From contig NC_090374.1 of assembly GCF_036365525.1 (NCBI RefSeq), positions 80,434,971 through 80,498,970 of the forward strand: a stretch of DNA of 64,000 nucleotides, in the 5' to 3' direction. This document shows, piece after piece, positions 14,001-26,340 of the stretch; the first letter of the stretch is position 1, and the number at the start of each line of letters is the position of its first letter. This DNA comes from Heterodontus francisci. Lineage: Eukaryota. The notes beneath the pieces are model-generated. The model saw nothing but the letters and a program-made list of their open reading frames with translations. It had not been told where the DNA came from and made no database searches. Position numbers and translations under genes: made by a program.

Positions 14001-15248
14001 GTGCCCTGATTAATCCTACAGGTTTTCCCTTTAGTTTCCAACAGTCAGCTTTCAATTGCCCTGCTCTATTACAATGGAAGCACACAGATTTCCGAGTCTC
14101 ACTCTTGCTCACAGCACCTTCCTTTTTGGCTTTCCTTTCTCTCCCAGGGCTGCTTGGGCTCCTGTCACCTTCCCACCCTTTGTCCTTTTCAGATTTGTGC
14201 GGTTGGCTAGGAAAGGTTCTCTCCTGGAAAACCGAATTATAAATTAAAGCAAACTCATCAGCCAGAATCGCCACTTGCCAGGCTCTCTGAACCCACTGCT
14301 CCTCTACATGTGTCTTTATGGTGAGTGGGAGAGAGTTTTTAAATTCCTCTAACAGAAATACTTCCCTGAGATTCTCAAAGCTGAGCTGTACTTTAAGAGC
14401 CGCAGCCACTGGTCAAAAGCCAGCTGCTTGCTTCTTTCAAACTCCAGATAAGTTTGATTAGCTCGCTTCTTGAGGGGTCTAAACTTTTGGCGATTGGCTT
14501 CGGGTACTAATTTATATGCCCCGAGAATAGCATTTTTGGTCAGTTCATAATTTGATGAACTCTCATCTGGCAGCAGAGAATAAACCTCATGGGCTTTTCC
14601 AGTTAGCTTGCTTTGTAGTAAAAGAGGCCAGGTCTCAGCTGGCCATTTTAGCTGCCTTGCCAGTTTCTCAAAGGACACAAAAAAAAACTTCTACAACTTC
14701 CTCTTTGAATTTTTGAATTCGTTGAGCTAGTTTTAACAATTCTGTACCCAGCCCTGAATTACGCTTCTCCATATTGGCCATGCATTCACTGGGGTTACGC
14801 TGTCACCCCCTCGTTAACTCAAGCCGCTTCAGCTTTCTTTCTTTGCATTCTTTCTGGAAGGTTCTCTCTCTCGCTCTCTCTCCTGTCTCTCTCTTTCTCC
14901 TAAAATTCAAGTTTCCTCTGTTCCAATTGTATCTTTGCTAACAATACCCTTTCGGAGTCTGCTTCTAACTCTGTTTCTGCTTCTTCAGACTCAAGGGAAA
15001 AATGGTTGGCCACTAGCCTTAGGAGTTCAGACTTCCCAGCCTTGCCACATACAGTGATCCCACACTGCTCAGTCATTTTCCTCAACTCCTTTGTCCTTCC
15101 AAGCACTATCTGTTATAGGTAGATGTCTTTTCCAGCCACGGCTGATCTGTTTAACAAGTCATTTTCTCGTTCCAGCAACAGTTGAAAATCAATGTTCATG
15201 ACAAAATGAATGTGCCTCATTCTTGGCAGTTGGGGTTCTAGCATGACA
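11074..15248 (-). mobile_element. Gypsy LTR retrotransposon, Gmr1/SCAN-like, non-autonomous; 3' LTR 11074-11972, truncated 5' LTR ~15087-15248
   Basis: TG...CA ends with 4-bp TSD TTAT. Gag FEKLA..LKWP..W..LLQSKLTGKA..Y..L, CFHCNRAGQLKADC knuckle, protease LKDTGA, integrase Zn region FDWPKLHKDV..C..CH.CQ. No RT found. Confidence 0.9.
13381..13492 (-). mobile_element. Short CR1 3'-tail insertion inside the Gypsy element
   Basis: ATACAGCACAGAAACAGGCCCTTTGGCCCA is the reverse of the CR1/HE1 3' tail. Confidence 0.75.
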
Positions 15249-16049
15249 TTATTCTCTTCAGTGTTGGGACTTGACACCAGTTCTGATGTCAACTGATTAT
15301 AATAATCCTCATGTTGAAGAGTACTACAACATGGCCTTGGCCAAAACTAAATTGGCCATTGTGTAATGTTTGAGCCGAAATACTCCGATTGGTGTTAAAA
15401 ATAAAGCCAATTGGAAAAGTTAGATTTTGGACTCTTGACGCAAGGATTTCTTTGCCTGGATCACTCAGAGCATTCATTGCATTATCGCCCAAGAAGGTGT
15501 CAAGGTTAATGATGGAGTGATGTATGTTTCATTTTACTGTAATCAAAGGCTATTATTATATATGTGACCAATGAACAGTTGCATTCAGAAAATGGGCAGG
15601 ATGAAGAGGGATTTAATGCTGCAGTCAAATGGACACTACAGTCTGCAGCCATCATTGTCAACAGATCATTGCCATATCCTTTAACTGAGCTCCAACATGG
15701 TCATTGTTAAAATGTTGTGGGACAATTATGATTGTCCCTTATTGGACTTGAAGCTTGACAGGTACTTCTCAGCAACCAAAGGCAGCATCTCTGTGGAATG
15801 GCACTAATCTCATTGTTTTCTAGTTGCTTGTCAAATACTAACTGTCATGCTGTCCAACAATGTGTCCCTATCTATCCTTCCCTTAATAATAGCATGTAGC
15901 TGCTCTGAACTTGAAAATGCTGCAGTCCCACACTATATGGTTGACTCTTAGCAAGCCAATCAAATGTGAAAACAATCATTACAGAAGTCTGACCAACACC
16001 TATTCAGGGCAACTAGGAACTGTCAATAAATTTAGCTATTCCTGATAGC

Positions 16050-17300
16050 AAATTTTAAAATGCCAGCATTAGTTTCCTTGTGATGATTTTGGAACTAACA
16101 GCCCTGTATCCAATTACCAAATGGAAATTTATCAAGTTCTCTTTTAAAAACTGTAACTGCATTCAATTCTACCACCCCCACTGATAATCTGTTCCAAAAT
16201 TCTACCACCTCCTTACTCAGAAAATATTGCATCATTTAACTATTTTCTTTTGGCGTCCTTAAAATTAAATAATGTTCTCCTCGTCTTTGAATCTTGTGGC
16301 TGACAGAAATATTTTTCCTCGATCAAAATTCTCTGTAACATGAAAATTTAAAAAAAAGATATTAAGTTTCTCTTCATCTTTCCAATGACTAGAATGTGAA
16401 GTGTCAGGGGAGGAATTCTTTCCTGTTAACTCCAAAATTAGCAATGTAGTCCTTCTTTGAGTTCCTTCAATAATTCAATATCTTTTCTGTAATATGATAA
16501 AAAAACTGAAGTAGGAGTTTTAGGTATGGCCTCCAAAGGCGAGAAGCAGTTTCAGGATTACTCTGAGCTATACATCCCAACATTTTATTTGCTTTTTTCA
16601 CTGCTTGTAAATTTTGAACCATTTAACAACCAATCCACCAAAACCGCATCTCTTTTCTCATGCACATTCTTATTTAATATATAATCCACAATCTCACTTC
16701 ATCTACCAAATCTCATTACTTCACACTGATCTGTTTTGAACTCCGTCTACCTCTCTGCACATTGACAAATCCTAACAGGATCCCATTTGATTATTGCATT
16801 GGTTAGCATCATCAAACATCACAATCAATTTAGAAGTGAACTTTCAGCTTCACCACATGGGTGGTAATCTGTAGATCGGCCACAGATTATAAAACCCACT
16901 TGGTCTTATAGAACTTGCTGGCTCTATAGCCAGGTGGGTAATTGCTCTGCCAGATTACTGCCACGTGATAAAGGTCAAAATCTACCCCTTGGTGTCATCC
17001 ACAAACTTGGAAATATTAGAAAATATTCCATCGTTTAAATCATTTTATAAACATTATAAACAACAGCAACCTCTATCACACTAGCGACTAACTTTACTTC
17101 ATTCCAATATCTCCCCATGCACCATCATCCTTTGTTATCTACCTCTCACGATGCACCAAACAAGTCTGATACTTGGCTATATATCTCGTGGGCATGCTAG
17201 TGCTTAATCAGTCTGTTGTGTCGACAATGTCAAATGCCTTCCTGAAATCCAGGTAGATAATGTCTGCTGCCTCATCTCTATTCGCCAGATTTGAAATCTC
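16050..17300 (-). mobile_element. Highly decayed CR1-group LINE with a small MITE (~16835-16988)
   Basis: Reverse strand gives DIIYLDFRKAFD (~17230-17265) and KFVDDTK (~16990-17010). Confidence 0.65.
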
Positions 17301-17479
17301 CTGGATTCACCCCGACCCTGTGTTGCACTATCATTACCAGATAAAGTGTGCTGATGCTAAGAAAGATGCTCATGCTCCTATGATTATGGGGTGTTCTGTG
17401 AAAGTGACTGCAATGTTTAGATGTGCCCACTTCTTCATTCTGCATTCATCTGTTGAGGGAGCACAATAGAAAAAAATAA

Positions 17480-18010
17480 ACTGCGTTTTCTATGCTACAA
17501 CATCCTTGTGATTATAGCAATTCCACTGATTGGGAAAGGAGGCATGCATGCTTCAGAAGGTTGCATAGACCTCCTGTCCTCTCATATAACACATAGCTAT
17601 ACAAAGATACATCTCTTTGTGGTTGCCCATATTCTTACATTGTGTGAAACCTTGACTTGCAACAGCCAGAATGACAACAAAAACACGAGAGACTGGCAGA
17701 TCATACCAAACATGTCCCTTAATCTGTTTGCAATGGGCAACGTACAAGCCATACCCCGCCAGCCCATGCTGCAAAACTCAAAATACAGTGTCCAACATTA
17801 GATGTGATACTGCGATTGGACAACATTTGCTAAATAATCCTCAGTGTGCTAAGAATTACGCTGACAACCAATTTAAGATTGTCAGTAGGGCTTACAGTGT
17901 GGCACATTTGCGCGTACTGGAAGCTGCATATATTAATACACAGGGCTCTGTTCCTTGCAGACAGAAAGAACATGTACACACATTGCACCTGTTTCAGCTA
18001 AACAAAATAG
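17480..18010 (+). mobile_element. Penelope-like element GIY-YIG endonuclease remnant
   Basis: ORF 17671-18036 has AIGQHLLNN..C....F.IVSRA.....LRVLEAAYI, typical of a PLE C-terminal endonuclease. Confidence 0.72.
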
Positions 18011-18019
18011 TTGACATCG

Positions 18020-18925
18020 ATTCTATAAGTATATAAAAGGTAAGAGAGTAGCTAAAGTGAATGTTGGTCCCTTTGGAGGATGAGACTGGGGAGTTAATAG
18101 AGGGGAACACAGAAGTGGTGGAGACACTAAATCAGTATTTTGCCTCAGTTTTCATGGTAGAGGACACTAGTACTATCCCAATAGTAACAGGTAATGCAGA
18201 GGTTATAGAAAGAGACGAACTTAGAAAAATCATCATCACTAGGGAAAAAGTACTGAGCAAACTATTGGGATTGAAGGCAGACAAGTCCCCAGGCCCTGAT
18301 GGTCTACATCCTAGGGTCTTAAAGGAAGTGGTAGTGGAGATAGTGGATCCATTGGTTATAATATTCCAAAATTCCCTGGATGTGGGAAAGGTTCCAGTGG
18401 ATTGGAAAAATGCTAATATTCAAAAAGGGAGGGAGGCAGAAAGTAGGAAACTGTAGACCAGTTAGTTTAACATCTGTCATAGGGAAGTTGTTAGAATCCA
18501 TTATTAATGAAGTAATAACAGGACATTCAGAAAGTCAAAGCGCAATCCAACAGAGTCAGCATGGTTTTATGAAGAGTAAATCATGTTTGACTAATTTGCT
18601 AGAGTTTTTCGAAGCTGTGACAAGGAAAGTGGATAATGACGATCCTGTAGATGTAGTATATCTGGACTTCCCGAAGGCATTTGATAAGATGTCACACATA
18701 AGGTTAATACACAAGGTATCATCACATGGGGTTAGGGGCAATTTATTAGCTTGGATATAGGATTGGCTAACCAACAGAAAACAGAGAGTCGGGATAAATG
18801 GGTCTTTTTCTGTTTGCCAAGATGTAACTAATGGGGTGCCACAGGGTTCAGTCCTCAGGCCCCAACCATTTACAATCTATATTAATGACTTGGATACAGG
18901 GATAGAAGGTACTATAGCCAAACTT
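18020..18925 (+). mobile_element. CR1 LINE ORF2 fragment
   Basis: [57 protein letters not shown]. Confidence 0.92.
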
Positions 18926-19355
18926 GCAGGACGGACCCTGAGAGTCAGGGCCTGAGGGCCCTCGGATTTGGGCCATTGTGGGATTCCCACAGGTGCAAGG
19001 GGTTGTAGACTGCAAGCATGTGGCCATCAAGGCTCCAGCTGGACAACCAGCTGCATGCCTAAATAGAAAGGGCTTCTACTCGCCCAACCTGCAGCTAGTA
19101 TGTGACCACAGGATGCGCTTCATGTAAGTGTGTGCCCACCTTCCAGGCAGCTGCCATGACTCATTCATCCTGCTCCAGTCCCAGCAGCCGCTGCTTTTCA
19201 CTGCACTGGCTCAGATCCAGGGGTGGATTCCTGGAGACAATGACTACCCCTTGCAGACATGGTTCCTGACACCGGTGAGAAACCCCACAAGCAATGCAGA
19301 GGAGAGATATAGTGCCTGCCATGGCTCGACATGAGCTACCATCAAGCAGGCCATC
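18926..19355 (+). mobile_element. Harbinger transposase fragment
   Basis: FPQVQGVVDC, PGSCHDSFIL, W.PGDNDYPLQTWFLTP..P....EERY...HGST. Confidence 0.85.
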
Positions 19356-19359
19356 CTCT

Positions 19360-20455
19360 TTTTTCCTGGCTGCCTGAAAAATTAACCCAGACTATGGCTG
19401 TGACAGTAAGACTGATGAGTGCGTGTGTACAGTTTCTTTTAATTTGTGGCCTCATAATGAAATGTTCCTGTTGTCACATTTCATTTTGCATGGTGACGAG
19501 GTGTTATGCAAATATGCTTTGTTGCATGATAATTTTCTTTAATCCACTGACTGGAGATCTGAATTTATATTTTTTTTAAAATACATTTTTAAAAGGTCAG
19601 CTAAAAGAATGATTTTGCTGTCAGCTACAGTTGGCTACCTAATTTCCAACACTGTATCCTATACTGCAATGCTTGTGTGGAGGGAGACAAAATGTCTGTT
19701 AATTCCCCAGCAAAAACAAGACCCAGGAAGTTTAAAGGTACTGCTTTTTCTTTTTTGCAAGTGAAAAATACTGCTCACTGCTATGTTTTGAATCACTGAG
19801 TGACTGTCATGTGGTTTTAAGCTAGTGTTTTCTCTGCAGCAGAGGAGAAGCAACTGGACTCTGACATGAGCAGACCCTAAGTGGGAGTACCTCTCTCTCT
19901 CTCTCTCCATTCTAACTTGAAAGCTTTCAAATCCTGCTTGTTGACTGATCACCTATGCATACTCTGGCTACAATCAGAAACCCTGTTGGAGGAAATCATC
20001 CACATCGCTATCTCCAAGAGACGCACTGAACCAGTTATCTACCTCTTCAAACTAAAAACCTCAGGGCCACTGAATTCAGCTAGAAGCCAGCTGAATCACC
20101 AAACTCCACAGACTGTATTCCTTTTTTTATGGACTCAAACTCAACCAAGCTACCTTTCCCCATTATGTAACCTATTTGTGTGTGTGTAAACCTCTAATGT
20201 GTGTGTGAGAGTGAAAGTTGGCGTGGTGTTTATTATTTTATTAGTTTGGTTTAGGTACAATAAAGTTAGCTCTTTCTTTGTTAACTCAAGAAAACCTGTC
20301 TGATTGGTTCTTGTTATGATCATAGCAAGTAAATAATCAAACACCTACTGAATTGGCCAGTACATCCATTTTGAGAAAGAATTAAACCTGTTGTGGTCAA
20401 ACAAGAAGGGGGAAAAGAGGGAAGACCTTCGACTCCTCCTCACTTGACTGCAACA
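19360..20455 (+). mobile_element. Solo LTR-like sequence
   Basis: Ends GCAACA at 20455 with an AATAAA and TG-rich tract. Similar to the reverse of the LTRs at 6211 and 11074. 5' boundary uncertain. Confidence 0.6.
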
Positions 20456-21030
20456 GTACACTGTGTCCCTTCCTAAAACACTCTGGTTACCATTTCCCAT
20501 CTCACTATTGCCTTGTCCTTTCACTTTAACTTTCCAAATCTCCCCACACATGAACCCTGCACCCCCCTTCCACCACTATTTAGTTTAAAGCCCTTTCTAC
20601 AGCCCTAGTCATACAACTTGCCAGGGCACTGATCCCAGAGCAGTTCAGGTGAAGACCGTCCCAAAGGTACAGCTCCCTCTTTCCCCAGTACCGATGCCAG
20701 TACCCCATGAATCGAAGCCCACTTCTCCCACACCAATCTCTGAGCCATGCATTCAACTCTCTGTTCTTATTTACCGTATGCCAATTTGCTTGTAGCTCAG
20801 GTAATAATCCAGAGATTATTACCTTTGTGGTTCTGCTTTTTAATTTGCTCCTAGCTGCTCATAATCCCCCAGCAGAACCTCTTAGTCCTATCTATGTCAT
20901 TGTTACCCATGTAGACCATAACAACTGGATCCTTCCCCTCCCACTCAGGTTCTTTCCAGCCCTGAAGAGATGTCCTTAACCCTGGCAGCAGGCAGGCAAC
21001 ACAGCCTTCGGGACTCACGCTCTTGGTTGA
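20456..21030 (-). mobile_element. CR1 ORF1 (esterase) 3' fragment
   Basis: Homologous to 42596-43060 (DGLHLN, ALN-stop region). Confidence 0.7.
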
Positions 21031-21494
21031 TGTTTCCTTTGGGGATTCCCTCTATTTGGATTATTCATAGGAAGAAAAGGTGTTTGGCAAGGAACAACAA
21101 TTAGGTCAAGCGAGTTAGGTTTGAGGTACCTGGAACTTATCCACAAATGATGTTGCATCCACATCTACACACCAAGTTGCTTCATCACAGCAATGAGCAA
21201 TGCTTGCAAATTTTGTGCTTTTCTAGTGAGACTATACAACATTTCTGTAACCACTTCCCAGGCAGCACAGAGATCAAACTTCTAGAAATAGTGCCTTTGG
21301 ACCCAAATATGGCAACTCATTTATTGCACCTCCAACAGCATTCTCCTTCAGGACTGTCTCAGTAAAGGCAGCAGTCCTCCCTTCTCTATGGCCTAGCCAT
21401 CTTTGTCAAGGACGTGAATTTCAAATTTCGTTGCTACTAAGTTGCATTTGTGGAATTATCACTGCCTCTTTAAGGCACAGTACCAGTTCCTTAA

Positions 21495-21915
21495 ACCTGC
21501 TGCTGTGCCAGATACTCTATCCCCACAGCCTGCCAGATACTATCCTACACCCTGCCAGATACCCTAATCTATGCCCTGCCAGATACCCAATCCCCACGGC
21601 CTGTCAAATACCCTATCTCCACAATCTGGCAGGTGCCTATCTCCACGGCCTGTCTGATACCCTATCCCCATACCCTACCAGATACCCTATCCCCAAGGCC
21701 TGCCAGGTACCCTATCTTCAAGGTCTGTCAGATAACCTATCTCCAAGGCCTGCCTGCTACCCTATTCCTACAGCCTGCCAGATATGCAATCCCCATAGCC
21801 TGCCATGTACCCTGTCCCTATGCCCTGTAAGATATCTGATTCCCATGGGCTGTCAGATATCCTATCCCCATGATCTTCCAGATATCCTATCCCAACAATC
21901 TGCCAGAGACCTAGC
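21495..21915. repeat. Degenerate ~24-bp minisatellite, about 17 units
   Basis: Recurrent CCTGCCAGATACCCTATCCCCA(C/T)GG-like units. Confidence 0.85.
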
Positions 21916-21939
21916 ATGAACATAATGGGCCAAACTTCC

Positions 21940-22282
21940 TCCTTCCATGCTTTAACCATTCTATGAGTCAAAAATATTGTATAATCTCTACCACCTCTAC
22001 CACCTAGAATGAGGGCAGAAAGCATATGGGAACAGCACCACCTCCAAGTTGCCCACCAAACCGCACACCATCCTGACTTGGAGCTATATCACAATTCCTT
22101 CATTGTCATTGGGTCAAAATCCTAGAAGTGCATCCCTAACAACACAGGGGGTGTACTACACAATATGGACTGCAGCAGTTCAAGAAGGCGGCTCACTACC
22201 ACCTTTGCAAGGACAATTAGTGATGGGCTATAAATGCTGACCTTGCCAACAATGCTCACATCCCATGAATGACTTAAAAAAA
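21940..22282 (+). mobile_element. 3' end of the second APE-RT LINE family (CR1/L2 group)
   Basis: Reverse-homologous to 25100-25400. Ends CACATCCCATGAATGAC followed by an A-run. Confidence 0.75.
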
Positions 22283-23313
22283 ATGGCAAATCCTTGTTGA
22301 GAATTCTGAATCATTATTTGTGAAAGAGGACCTTGCAAAATTTGACAGGGCCCGCACCATGCATGCTTGATGTAACATACACTTGTGCACTTCTTGGTTT
22401 GCTACTATTATGCCTTGATGAAAAAGTCATCTTTTAGTTACCTTAAGAAACTAAGAGGAATTAGCCCAAGAAGGCAAAAAACAGCCAGATATCAGATAAA
22501 TGCCTTTGGTATTCCAGGTGCCCTTGCAAAACCATCTTGGGATTGCATACAAAACATCCATTAATATCATGTCCAGTTTAAACAGTAGCGACACAGGAAA
22601 AAAGAAAACAATTCAGTATTGCCTACTATTTATAAATCAGTGTTTACTTGAAGCTCCTGTAAACTGACACCCCCTCTCACTCACTGCTACATACCAGGAA
22701 AAAAGGAAGACATATACTTGAATTTGGCCAAGAGTTTCTTTGGAGCTCCTTGCACTGTGCTGCAGTAACTTTGTCAGAAACGCAGGGGAAAACCCTTTCA
22801 TGTGCATAAGTAGGGTTACCATCGCACTTCTGGCAAAGATATGGCAGCAGAGCAGGACCAGCTCCAAAGAAATCCCCACCATTTTTTCAATAACACTCTG
22901 TCACATGTTGAGTGTTTCTCTGGCCATTTACTAGAGAGATTATTTGGACATTAGTTATATTTCAGTGGGATGTTTTCAAACAAAGTGTATTTGCACAGGT
23001 TAAAAAGTCACAGGTTGTACCCTGTGAGGTGTTAATGAGTTAAGAAGAAGTTTCCACAATGGCAGAGACATTAAACAGTTCATCATCACATCTCAGATGG
23101 CCTAAAAAAAAATCCACACTAATATGCCTGTGGTGACTCTTCATGTTAGTCCAGCAGCCTGGCCCTCTGACTTCGGGTGATGTAACCAGGCTACCGATTC
23201 ACTGTTACTCATTTTTCAGTCGACAACAGCAGTTAAAATTACACCCAAGAAGCAAAAGAACAAAAGTGAAAGTCACTCGGTAAATTCGGTTTTGGATGGG
23301 AGCCTGGCCTAAT

Positions 23314-24016
23314 GGGCTGAATTTTACTGGCCCCTCGACGCCACAGGTCATGGCACGGGGACCGGTAAAATGCTGTGGGGGAAGGCCCACCTTGACCCAC
23401 AACAATGAGAAGGGCCCGCGCATATTATCGACAGCAGCAGGACCTTCATCTCCATATTAAAATAAGACCTAATGAAATGCAAATTCACCGATATTGCGGC
23501 TGCCGTTCGTGCTCCACACGCCTTCGGAACTCCGTACGGAATTCCGGGCGAGAACCTGATGGGAAGGGGGGAGTAATAAAATTCTCAGGGCGGGAGGGGT
23601 GGAGGAGTGGGGAGAACACATTTTATTGGATGTGGGGATGGTGGGAAGGGGTTAGAGGCCAAATGTTCAAAGGTTCAGGGGGAAAGCTTGGGAGGGGAAC
23701 AAATTATTTTTTGAGAATAAATGCCACATAAGTGACCATTGTGGGGATTGGGGAAGGGCCTCAACATCTTTATTCATTGGCAATAAAACATCCCGATGAC
23801 TGCACCTTTAAAAATTAAAATTACTTTGTAAGGGCCATTGCCAGGGACGCGGCGGCCACCCCCTTATGTCATCAGGGGCAGACACTTCGCCCCCTCTATT
23901 TAAATGAGCTCCCACGTGTAATATTGCGGGGGCTCAGGGTCGTGAATTCGCACGGGATGCACACTGTTTTTACAGTGCGCCGCCGCAAACTGCAGCGCAC
24001 TCATAAAAGTCAGCCC
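23314..24016. mobile_element. Harbinger-type MITE
   Basis: TIRs GGGCTGAATTTT and AAAAGTCAGCCC. 3-bp TSD AAT. Homologous to 57733-58570. Confidence 0.88.
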
Positions 24017-24608
24017 AATAAGTGGAAGTTTGCTCATCTCAAGCCCAGGGCAGGTCAGCACCAAAAAACTGATGAGAAAAAGATAAGAAAAATAAGGATA
24101 CTGTGGCATACTTGCATAATTTTTCTTGTTCTTGGGGAAAGATGTGAAATTAGTTGGATTAAGGTGAAAGTTGACTACCATTTCTAAAGTCACTTGCTGG
24201 CTGTAAAATAAAGCACCTTTAGGATTTATATCTGGCCTTGTCTCTTTAATTATTTTCAGTTCACTTAATGAATAATTGGAGAAGTGCATCACAAGGACTG
24301 ATGTGAAAGGTACAATATCCAATTCAGATTATTAGGGGTACTATCACAACCCATCTTCTATGTTATCGTATAATTAGATATAGGGCAGTGTGGGCACATT
24401 TCTGAATGTAAGTGGCTAAGGCTATCACAGGAGTGAGCTGCACCACTGAAGCTGAGAAAATATCTAAGGCAGACAAGAACTTTGCAATACTACACGAACA
24501 AAATAAAATCATCACTCAGTGGCTTCACTTAGCAGTAGCCATAATGCAATTTAAAAACTGGAAATAACCTTTTTTAATTGCTGTAAATAAATGGCATGAG
24601 GAAATATT

Positions 24609-24773
24609 GGGGGTAAAATGTACAGAATGGGCATTAGGGGATGAGCTGCCATTGTACATTCTATTGATTATCCTTAATTGAAATACAATGGGAAAGAAAA
24701 TCAGAAGGGGGCACAACAGGCAACTGATCTGCTACAGACCATTTTGTGCCAGTCAAAACTGAATTTTACCCCC
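24609..24773. mobile_element. Small 165-bp MITE
   Basis: Perfect 11-bp TIR GGGGGTAAAAT / ATTTTACCCCC. 3-bp TSD ATT on both sides. Confidence 0.78.
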
Positions 24774-25087
24774 ATTAAACCTTGCCTTATTAAAAACTTA
24801 TCATCCTCAATATCAAGATTTTCTCATTAAATTCTGTTCGATTTCATTCCAAAGATGAATGTACAGCAATGATTTTCATTTTAAATTTGAAACAGGCTTG
24901 ACAGAGAGATAAATTATATGATTTATTACATGATATATTAAATTACATGATTTATTTGCATTCCCAACAAAAACATTCCATAGTCTCAAAATAATTCCCG
25001 ATTATCCCATCTGATTTTTGCATCTCTATGCAATTAATCATATGTAAAAGCTATTTCTCTTAATATAATCAATTTATTAGCATTAAT

Positions 25088-26340
25088 TTTTTTATTATTC
25101 ATTCATGGGATGTGGGCATTGCTGGCCAGGCCAGCATTTATTGCCCATCCATAATTGCCCTTGAGAAGGTGGTGGTGAGCTGCCTTCTTGAACCACCGCA
25201 GTCCATGTGAGGTAGGTACACCCACAGTGCTGTTAGGAAGGGAGTTCCAGGATTTTGACCCAGCGACAGTGAAGGAACGGCGATATAGTTCCAAGTCAGG
25301 ATGGTGTGTGACTTGGAGGGGAACTTGTAGGTGGTGGTGTTCCCATGTATTTGCTGCCCTTGTCCTTCTAGTTGGTAGAGGTCGCAGGTTTGGAAGGTGC
25401 TGTCTAAGGAGCCTTGGTGCATTGCTGCAGTGCATCTTGTAGATGGTACACACTGCTGCCACTGTGCGTCGGTGGTAAAAGGAGTGACTGTTTGTAGATG
25501 GGGTGCCAATCAAGCGGGCTGCTTTGTCCTGGATGGTGTCGAGCTTCTTGAGTGTTGTTGGAGCTGCACGCATCCAGGCAAGTGGAGAGTATTCTATCAC
25601 ACTCCTGACTTGTGCCTTGTAGATGATGGACAGGCTTTGGGGAGGCAGGAGGTGAGTTACTCGCCGCAGGATTCCTCGCCTCTGACCTGCTCTTGTAGCC
25701 ATAGTATTTATATGGCTACTTCAGTTCAGTTTCTGGTCAATGGTAACCCCCAGGATGTTGATAGTGGGGGATTCAGCGATGGTAATGCCGTTGAATGTCA
25801 AGGGGAGATGGTTAGATTTTCTCTTGTTGGAGATGGTTATTGCCTGACACTTGTGTGGCATGAATGTTACTTGCCACTTATCTGCCCAAGTCTGGATATT
25901 GTCCAAGTCTTGCTGCATTTCTACATGGATTGCTTCAGTATCTGAGGAGTCACGAATGGTGCTGAACATTGTGAAATCATCAGCGAACATCCCCACTTCT
26001 GACCTTATGATTGAAGGAAGGTCATTGATGAAGCAGCTGAAGATGGTTGGGCCTAGGACACTACCCTGAGGAACTCCTGCAGTGATGTCTTGGAGCTCAG
26101 ATAATTGACCTTCAACAACCACAACCATCTTCCTTTATGTTAGGTATGACTCCAGCCAGCGGAGGGTTTTCCCCCTGATTCCCATTGACCTCAGTTTTGC
26201 TAGGGCTCCATGATGCCATACTCGGTCAAATCTTGCCTTGATATCAAGGGCAGTCACTCTCACCTGCACCTCTTGAGTTCAGCTCTTTTGTCCATGTTTG
26301 AACCAAGGCTGTAATGAGGTCAGGAGCCCAAACTGAGCGT
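25088..26340 (-). mobile_element. 5'-truncated APE-RT LINE (second family, CR1/L2 group)
   Basis: ORFs have [20 protein letters not shown] and YKAQVRSVIEY. Tail ATGAATGAAT followed by an A-run. Confidence 0.9.

Larger units (their letters stand above)
10780..15650 (+). mobile_element. Older Harbinger transposase remnant (~10780-11073 and 15249-15650) split by a Gypsy element
   Basis: DGWLLGNFDY before the insertion joins SLQCWDLTPVL after it, the WLLGD.GYPL..WL.TP motif. This is followed by EEYYNMALAKTK. Confidence 0.62.

Noticed and set aside
13393-14678. Host SCAN/zinc-finger gene
   Set aside because: It lies between LTRs with a TSD, is frameshifted, and is followed by protease and integrase.
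21495-21915. CRISPR array or repeat protein (162-aa ORF)
   Set aside because: Contiguous degenerate units with no unique spacers and no cas genes, in a eukaryotic context. The ORF is a by-product of the 24-bp period.
22637-22934. Host exon in overlapping ORFs
   Set aside because: Frames from the best acceptor hit stops, there is no recognisable motif, and it does not join in phase with the 24.1-kb candidate.
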